A stretch of DNA of 41,129 nt from a virus (lineage: Duplodnaviria > Caudoviricetes). This document shows, piece after piece, positions 35,332 through 41,129 of the stretch (position 1 is its first letter; every line of letters starts with the position of its first letter). The stretch covers positions 1 to 41,129 of the IMG/VR virus record IMGVR_UViG_3300048574_000241; one strand, written 5' to 3'. A program made the translations under genes and the position numbers. The notes below the pieces were generated by a model. It ran no database searches and had not been told where the DNA came from. It saw only the letters and a list, made by a program, of their open reading frames with translations.

Positions 35332-37515
35332 TCAGAGTGAAACTCGCCCCGCTTCGGCGGGGTTCTTTTCTTCAGGGCCGACCCCGTAGGTCAGCGCGAA
35401 GCCGCGATATTCCGGCCCGAGGCGGTAACCGCCGAGCCAGAGCAACTCTTCATCCGAGGCCGATCGTCCGGCGGCGACCGCCGCTTCGATCGCCCGCGCA
35501 CGCTGCCAGCGCTGATGCGCGGTCTCTTCCGTCCGCAACGGTGTGACGATGGGATTGCGTTCTTCGGCAATCAGCCGTGCCTGCAGCGCCAGCACGTCGG
35601 CCGAGTGCACCGGCTCGCTTGACGCCGGGCCGTTGGCCGCCTCGCGCGCCGCCTCGATCGCCCGCGTCGAATGCGCGATGGCGCGTTTTGGGAATTCCGC
35701 AAGCTTGCCGGCATCGGCGAGCGCCTGCCGATGGATCGCGGGCGCGACGTCCTTGGCCTTGATGGCGCGGGACTCGCGGCGGACATCGGCCAGCCGTTCG
35801 TCCATGAGTTTCTTCTGCTCGGCGCGCACCTTGGCGACGGCCGCGGCGGGATCGATGCCCGCGAGCTCGGGGCATAGCACCTCGCCGAGATAGGATATGC
35901 CGTCGAGGGAATACACATAGGCGCGGCCGAGGTCGGCCGGGTCCATGCGGACCATCACCTCGTCGCCGACGTCGAGGAAGCCGCCGAGGTAATAAGCGCC
36001 GTCGATGCGGATGCCGCTCTTGGTGACGATGCGGCGGCCATCCTTGCCCGCGACCGGCATCAGCAGCATGTCGAGGGCGCGATCATCCTCGACGCGCCGG
36101 ATCGGCCCAGCATAGGACGCCGCCCTGGCGAAGGGCGACGCGCCGTCGAGCCCGGCATGTGCCTTGTGGCCGTAATTGACCGCGCACCATTCGTCGATGC
36201 GTTGCTGCAGCTCACCGGCGGTGAGCGCCACTTCGAACATATCCTCGGGCGTCTCGCCGAGGCGGCGCGCGAAGCCCTTGCGGCCTTCGATCACCTTGCG
36301 ATCGGCCACGCTGTGGCCGATGAAGCCTTCCAGCGTCCGCATCAGCCCGCGCTGCAGCGTGCCGATGGCGCGCTCGACATGGCCTTTTTGCTCCGGCGCG
36401 AACGGTGCCGACTTTTCGTGTTCGATGCCAAGCGCCGCGAACAGGCGCTGGCTTTCGCGGGCCACGAAGTCGGAGCCGTTGTCGGTCTTGATCCGCTCCG
36501 GCACGCCCCATGTCTTGATCGCCTTGCGGATCAACAGCCCGACGGCTGCGGCGCGCGGCGTCTTGCTCACGGTTGCGACCATGCGGCGCGACCAGATGTC
36601 GAGGCAAACGTAGATCGAGGAGCGGCCGTCGATCAGCAGCACGTCGGCGGGCGACGCATCGATCTGCCAGACCTCGTTGAGCCGGCTGGCCGGGTTAGCG
36701 ACGCGCGCCGCGAACCGGATGCGCGATTTGAAGCCGTCGGGGTCGCGGATGGCCGCGAGGTCGTTGCGGTATTCGTTCCGCCACGCCTTCAAGGCGTGTT
36801 GAAGGGTGCGCACCGGTGGGAAAGCGATGCTCCGGCCGCCGAGGGCGATGGCCGGGAAGCGGTCGCAGGCCAGCGCATGCAGGTGGTGCGCCGTGAGCTG
36901 GGGCTGCTTCGCCAGCAGCGCCAGCAGGAAGGTCTTGACGGTGCCGTCATTGGCGCGATCGAGCACGCCGGTGCCGCGCCGCGCGGCGGAACGGTCCACC
37001 GCCAGCTTCGCCGTTGCGCCGGCGGCGCGCGCGGCGCGCCATCGCGCCAGCGTGCGCGGCGTCAGCGATTTGACCTCGGCCTTGATCCAGTCCGCGACGG
37101 TGACGGCGCCGGAGTTGTAGAGATCGGCGAAGTGGCGATCTGCGATCTTGCGCGAAAGCTTGCCGTCGGCGGCTGTGCGGTCGGCGAGCATCAGCAGCGC
37201 CAGCCGCGCGTCGCGGGCTTCCGAGGCTGCGCCGCTCAGATGCGCGGCCTGCGGTTCGCTGGCGGCTTCGCGCGCGACCGACGCCGGCAGTTCGACCATT
37301 TCGACGTGACGCGCGACGTAGCCGGCGCGCGCGTCGGGCGGAAGGATGTGGATGTGATACTCGTAGCCTCCGCCGCGACCGGCGCGCGGGCGCGCGAATT
37401 CGGGGTGCGCGTTCCAGCCGTTGGCATCGGCGTGGACGTTGATGTTGCGCTTCGTCGCCGGAAGTCCCGGCAGCGCCAGTTCGGCAATCTCCGCGGCGGA
37501 CAACCAGACTTTCAT
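35332..37515 (-). CDS. MuA-like DDE transposase
   Basis: N-terminal Mu DNA-binding domain (WLSAAEIA..LPGLP...GRGGGYEY); WQIDAS, KTDNGSDF and KGHVERA provide the DDE residues; DP.DLG C-terminal motif. Confidence 0.96.
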   Translation of the reverse strand: MKVWLSAAEIAELALPGLPATKRNINVHADANGWNAHPEFARPRAGRGGGYEYHIHILPPDARAGYVARHVEMVELPASVAREAASEPQAAHLSGAASEARDARLALLMLADRTAADGKLSRKIADRHFADLYNSGAVTVADWIKAEVKSLTPRTLARWRAARAAGATAKLAVDRSAARRGTGVLDRANDGTVKTFLLALLAKQPQLTAHHLHALACDRFPAIALGGRSIAFPPVRTLQHALKAWRNEYRNDLAAIRDPDGFKSRIRFAARVANPASRLNEVWQIDASPADVLLIDGRSSIYVCLDIWSRRMVATVSKTPRAAAVGLLIRKAIKTWGVPERIKTDNGSDFVARESQRLFAALGIEHEKSAPFAPEQKGHVERAIGTLQRGLMRTLEGFIGHSVADRKVIEGRKGFARRLGETPEDMFEVALTAGELQQRIDEWCAVNYGHKAHAGLDGASPFARAASYAGPIRRVEDDRALDMLLMPVAGKDGRRIVTKSGIRIDGAYYLGGFLDVGDEVMVRMDPADLGRAYVYSLDGISYLGEVLCPELAGIDPAAAVAKVRAEQKKLMDERLADVRRESRAIKAKDVAPAIHRQALADAGKLAEFPKRAIAHSTRAIEAAREAANGPASSEPVHSADVLALQARLIAEERNPIVTPLRTEETAHQRWQRARAIEAAVAAGRSASDEELLWLGGYRLGPEYRGFALTYGVGPEEKNPAEAGRVSL
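35347..35372 (+). terminator. Intrinsic-terminator-like hairpin antisense to the transposase 3' end
   Basis: CCCCGC-TTCG-GCGGGG followed by TTCTTTTCTT. Confidence 0.55.
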
Positions 37516-37760
37516 CGGCTGGCCTCGCACAAATTTTCATGCACGCCACGGCCGTGCTCGGTGACATGTACGACCGTGCGGTTGACCCAAAACTCCAGCA
37601 GGCCATTTCGCTCCAGCGAGCGGATTGTGGAATGGCTATGATATTCACTGCCGGAGATGCTTGGGTCCGACCATCCGTTGACCGACCGATGCAGCCCCCT
37701 TCTAGGGTAGGCATCATATGCGTCGGCGAGCGCCGTGCGCTGCATTTTGGAGAGCTTCAT
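37512..37760 (-). CDS. Small winged-helix-like hypothetical protein
   Basis: TIRSLERNGLL...VTEHGR; ATGA overlaps on both sides; AT-richer. Confidence 0.65.
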   Translation of the reverse strand: MKLSKMQRTALADAYDAYPRRGLHRSVNGWSDPSISGSEYHSHSTIRSLERNGLLEFWVNRTVVHVTEHGRGVHENLCEASR

Positions 37761-38221
37761 CGCCCCGCCCTCCACTGCGCGTCGGTGGCGGCAATCTCGC
37801 GGTCGAGCCGTTCGCGCGCCTCCTTGGCGAGCTCGCGACGGATCAGCACCTCGTATTTCGCCGAGACCGCGATCAGGCCGGCGTCTTCGAGCAACGCATT
37901 GATCAGGCGCGCGTCGCCGGTCACGGCCAGCAGCGCCAGCAGGCGGTGCGCCGGAATGTTGTGCTTGTCGTTGGATGGCGAGGCGTATTGATTGAGCATC
38001 GCCTCGGTGACGGTATCGCCGAGATAGGTCGACATCTCGCGGGCGATATCGGCGCGCGACCGGCCGTCATTTTTCAGCGCCTCGGCGATCGCGCGCGCAA
38101 CACGCATCGTCACCGTGGCGGCGCGCATCCGCTCCGGCGCGAAGCGCTCGACCACGGTCGGCACGACGTAGTCGCGGAACAGATCAGGCGTGGCTGTGTC
38201 GCGTTTGCGGGGCGGGGCCAT
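37757..38221 (-). CDS. Phage regulatory protein (CII-like HTH)
   Basis: SRADIAREMS.YLG..VT..ML..YAS.....HNI...R..AL...TG. Confidence 0.8.
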   Translation of the reverse strand: MAPPRKRDTATPDLFRDYVVPTVVERFAPERMRAATVTMRVARAIAEALKNDGRSRADIAREMSTYLGDTVTEAMLNQYASPSNDKHNIPAHRLLALLAVTGDARLINALLEDAGLIAVSAKYEVLIRRELAKEARERLDREIAATDAQWRAGR

Positions 38222-38394
38222 CAGGGTTGCCCCCGCATCGCGTCGGCGCATGATGCGCCTTGAAAACCGCTTGATGGGACGTGCCGGGCGAGATTGCCCA
38301 AGGCCATGGCCAGATTGATCGCGGCGGCGGCGATCAGCCCGGCGGCGACCAGCCCGTGAAGCCCCGGAATCAGGCGGCGGAACCGGCAGATCAT
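38221..38394 (-). CDS. Small hydrophobic hypothetical protein
   Basis: Coupled to the ner stop and to the next start; one TM-like segment. Confidence 0.5.
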   Translation of the reverse strand: MICRFRRLIPGLHGLVAAGLIAAAAINLAMALGNLARHVPSSGFQGASCADAMRGQP

Positions 38395-38672
38395 GATGCC
38401 CGCCTTGTCAACAGACGGCCGCCCTTTTGACTCGCGGCGCAGCCCTGTTTCCGCGTAGGCTGCGCGCGAGAGATGCCGGTGTAACGGTCCGGCCACAAAG
38501 CTGCGGGTTCGACGTCGATGGCTTCGGCGATTGCCCGCTCGCCGGCGAAGTTGCGTCGGCGAAGCGCGGCTCTGCAGGCGGTCGGTTCAAGGCCGGCCGC
38601 CCGTGCGATTCCGACGAGTGTAAGACCTCGACGGTGGACTTCAGCTTTGATGGAGTAACGGTCCCAGATCAT
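38391..38672 (-). CDS. ner: Ner-like DNA-binding protein
   Basis: WDR..IKAEV.RRG.TL..IA...GE.AIA......P..LWPDRY; divergent from the repressor. Confidence 0.9.
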   Translation of the reverse strand: MIWDRYSIKAEVHRRGLTLVGIARAAGLEPTACRAALRRRNFAGERAIAEAIDVEPAALWPDRYTGISRAQPTRKQGCAASQKGGRLLTRRAS

Positions 38673-38686
38673 CGACGCTCTCGGTC

Positions 38687-38785
38687 TCCACAAAATCGGG
38701 CCACTGGCCCATTTTTTTGGAGCTAAAAATCTCGTTCGTGACTGAGAATGTCCATTTTTATGGATATTTCAACTGGAAAAATGGG
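38687..38785. promoter_or_regulatory. Lysis/lysogeny switch region with repeated operator-like 14-mers
   Basis: TCCATTTTTATGGA (38751-64) and CCCATTTTTTTGGA (38708-21); weaker copies at 38687-700 and 38772-85. Confidence 0.6.
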
Positions 38786-38862
38786 TGACGCGGATGGATT
38801 TCGTCCTAATCCCGCTAAAAGCGGGTTTTGTGACATCAGCGCCTGCCCAAAAGTGGTGATCG

Positions 38863-39507
38863 ATGGCCGTTTCTGGGTGGAGCGACGGGTTCAAAACCCG
38901 TTTTGATGAAGTTCTCCGGCGAATCGGCAGCCGCGAGGCCGCAGCAAGGTTGGCCGGCTTGGGAAAGCCCGACCAACTCACGAAGTGGAGGGACGGCTCG
39001 GCGAGGCCGCCACTATTTGCGGTCTATAATATGCTGCAGTCAGCCGGGCTCAGCCTCGACTGGTTGATGGAAGGTCGCGCCAGCGAGCTGCCATCTGGCG
39101 ATATACAGATGGTCCAAAAGCTGTCGTTTCGCCCCTCGGCGGGCGCGGGCCTGCTTCTGCAATATAACGAGCCGGAGACGGTCCCGATCCCGCGGCATAT
39201 TTTGCAGCGGCTGAACCTCCCGGAGCGCAAGGCACGACTGCTCAATGCAGCCGGGGACAGCATGATGCCGACGATTCAGGACGGGGAGCCGCTTATCGTC
39301 GAGGTCGACGTGGACATGTTGGTCGACGGCAAGATTTACGTCTTCACCATCGACGAGAGCGTCTATGTGAAGCGGTTGCGGCGCGGCCCTGGGCATCTGG
39401 TGATGATCTCCGATAATCCGGACTGGCCGACGCGCGAGGAACCGATCCCGAATGCAGAGCACTTCGCCCTGATCGGCCGGGTGAGATGGGTGGGGCGGAC
39501 GCTGTGA
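38863..39507 (+). CDS. Prophage repressor, HTH plus S24 (LexA/CI-type) peptidase domain
   Basis: SLDWLM.G, SAGAG, GDSMMPTIQDG, YVKRL, MISDNP, IGRV.W. Confidence 0.93.
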   Translation: MAVSGWSDGFKTRFDEVLRRIGSREAAARLAGLGKPDQLTKWRDGSARPPLFAVYNMLQSAGLSLDWLMEGRASELPSGDIQMVQKLSFRPSAGAGLLLQYNEPETVPIPRHILQRLNLPERKARLLNAAGDSMMPTIQDGEPLIVEVDVDMLVDGKIYVFTIDESVYVKRLRRGPGHLVMISDNPDWPTREEPIPNAEHFALIGRVRWVGRTL

Positions 39508-40106
39508 TCAGGCTTCTGGCACTTGCGGCAACAGCGATGTTGCTGAATGGCTGTGTCGAAATCCACGACAGGATAACGTTTAAACGCGAAGGCTGGCTGT
39601 CGCGCGCCGGTTCGTTTTCTCTCGTCCGGGAAGCACGTATCGATCGCCAATTTTACGACCGGCTACCGGAGTCACAGCGGCGCGACATGTGCCCTGAAGG
39701 AGAGCAGCCTATTGCCGGCGGGAAGGTGAAGACCGAATCCGAATTCCAAGGGGGATATTTTTTCTGCCGCTTGACTGTCGACGCCACGGAACTGGTGACC
39801 AGCGATGGCAACAGCATTTTCTCGGCTGTGAAGGAAGATGGAAAAATCAAAATCCGCATCGACCCGCGACAGTTCGCCAGCAATATGAGCCCGCCTAAAG
39901 ATGAAGCATCTCGGGACATGATCCGGCAGGCATTTGCTGGGCGCAGTTGGCGCGTGACGCTCACCGCACCGAAAATATATCGGACCAGCGGCAAGCTGAA
40001 CGCCGGCGGGACTGAAGCGATTTGGGAACGCCCGATGACCGATATAGTCGAAAGATCAGAAAGTGACTGGCTGGTATTTACCGGTGAAATCCAAGACGTT
40101 TTCTAA
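39504..40106 (+). CDS. Lipoprotein, probably lysogen-expressed
   Basis: GTGA overlap with the repressor stop; signal peptide with lipobox LLNGC. Confidence 0.8.
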   Translation: MIRLLALAATAMLLNGCVEIHDRITFKREGWLSRAGSFSLVREARIDRQFYDRLPESQRRDMCPEGEQPIAGGKVKTESEFQGGYFFCRLTVDATELVTSDGNSIFSAVKEDGKIKIRIDPRQFASNMSPPKDEASRDMIRQAFAGRSWRVTLTAPKIYRTSGKLNAGGTEAIWERPMTDIVERSESDWLVFTGEIQDVF

Positions 40107-40115
40107 GGTCACAGT

Positions 40116-40604
40116 GTGAGCTCAAAATCGATTGTCTTGCTTCTGGCTCTTTGTTTTTCACTGCCGGCGCTCGCGGGGGCGGAGATCGCCGGGCAGGCAT
40201 CCGTGATCGACGGTGATACCATCGAGGTTCATGGGCAGCGCATCCGGCTCTTCGGCATCGACGCGCCCGAAAGCCGGCAGTTGTGCCGGGATGCGGCCGG
40301 GAAACCGTACCGTTGCGGCGCGGTGGCGGCGAACAGCCTGTCGGACTTCATCGATCGTCGGCCGGTGTCATGTGCTCAGGTCGATCGTGATCGGTACAAC
40401 CGTGTCGTCGCGGTCTGCACCGTCTCAGGCGTCGATCTGGCGGATTGGCTGGTCGGCCACGGGCTGGCGCTGGACTGGCCGAGGTACAGCGAAGGGCGCT
40501 ATTCGGCCTCTCAGGAGCGGGCCAAACGCGCCCTTGAAGGGCTATGGAAGGGCGATTTTGAACTGCCTTGGGAGTGGCGGCGGAGCCATCTGCAACGGCT
40601 TTAG
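40116..40604 (+). CDS. Secreted thermonuclease (SNase) family protein
   Basis: Signal peptide ending ALA; VIDGDT, IRLFGIDAPE, DRDRYNR, GLW.G....PWEWR. Confidence 0.92.
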   Translation: MSSKSIVLLLALCFSLPALAGAEIAGQASVIDGDTIEVHGQRIRLFGIDAPESRQLCRDAAGKPYRCGAVAANSLSDFIDRRPVSCAQVDRDRYNRVVAVCTVSGVDLADWLVGHGLALDWPRYSEGRYSASQERAKRALEGLWKGDFELPWEWRRSHLQRL

Positions 40605-40779
40605 ACCAGGCGATCAGCATCCCAGTTGCGTCCCAGATCGGCGTCTCCCCAATTGCAGAAGCTGCCTATTTTGCTGGATTCCGAACTGGGACGATCCCGC
40701 AAATACGACCGCTGGCGAATCCCGGTTCGCAGTGGCGCTCTCGATTTTCCGGTGTGTTTTGCGTGGGCGCGATCGGCGC

Positions 40780-40915
40780 GGTGACATTTGAAGTTGCGCG
40801 CCCCGGTGGCGGCCCGAGTTTGGCCGACTCCGTCTAAGCCCTTATAAAACGGGCACTAACCGACAATTCCCGGTCGATCCCGGTTAATCCCGGCGGTGTC
40901 ACGTGTTCTTGCGCG
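40780..40915 (-). repeat. Two transposase-binding sites at the repressor-proximal end (Mu L1/L2-like), 94-bp spacer
   Basis: Reverse complements CGCGCAACTTCAAATGTCACC (40780-40800) and CGCGCAAGAACACGTGACACC (40895-40915). Confidence 0.82.
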
Positions 40916-40920
40916 TCACA

Positions 40921-40925
40921 GGACG
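40921..40925 (+). repeat. 5-bp target-site duplication, right copy (GGACG)
   Basis: Follows the terminal CA; identical to 173-177. Confidence 0.93.
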
Positions 40926-41129
40926 CCGATCTCGGCTTCCGGCTGGCGCGCCGCGGCCACCGCTGCGTGATGTTTCCATCGACCACTTACGAGGAAGCGC
41001 CGGTGCGCTTCAGCGCGTGGCTGCGCCAGCGCTCGCGCTGGATGAAGGGATGGATGCAGACCTGGGGCGTGCACATGCGCACGCCGCTGAAGCTGTGGCG
41101 CGACGCCGGCCCGAGCGGGTTCTTCACGC
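40926..41129 (+). pseudogene. 3' part of the interrupted host glycosyltransferase (runs off the window)
   Basis: DLGFRLARRG...STTYEEAP...WLRQRSRWMKGWMQT contains the QxxRW motif. Confidence 0.9.

Larger units (their letters stand above)
178..40920 (-). mobile_element. Complete Mu-like transposable prophage (Mu-type head and replication genes, P2-type contractile tail)
   Basis: Ends TGTAGCGCGCAA and TTGCGCGTCACA form an imperfect inverted repeat. A 5-bp duplication, MuA/MuB genes and full head, tail and lysis modules are present. Removing the element restores the host reading frame. Confidence 0.96.

Noticed and set aside
40745-40766. Third transposase site at the repressor-proximal end (reverse complement CACGCAAAACACACC)
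   Set aside because: Only half the consensus matches and the TG-CACC spacing is wrong.

Overview
The window holds one complete Mu-type transposable prophage at 178-40920 (40,743 bp) in a high-GC, probably alphaproteobacterial host. It has TG...CA ends, a 5-bp GGACG target duplication and repeated transposase-binding sites. It interrupts a host family-2 glycosyltransferase gene at its TED motif. Almost all phage genes are on the minus strand. From right to left they are: ner, an early region (MuA, MuB, DnaA-C-terminal-like HTH, DUF3164, GemA, GcrA-like), a Mor/C-type late activator, a lysis cassette (GH108 endolysin, spanins), a Mu-like head module, a P2-like contractile tail module with a -1 frameshift chaperone, and a Dam-family adenine methylase plus small Cys-rich ORFs where Mu has com/mom. 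A plus-strand operon encodes an S24-type repressor, a lipoprotein and a secreted SNase-like nuclease. The most intriguing element is a MuF head protein with a C-terminal BECR-like RNase domain. It has no downstream immunity gene but abuts a convergent sigma70-like promoter and a compact structured sequence, a candidate RNA antitoxin. Also notable are a palindromic box ahead of three late operons and phage-borne mimics of host cell-cycle regulators. All protein family calls come from motif recognition and gene order; no database searches were run.
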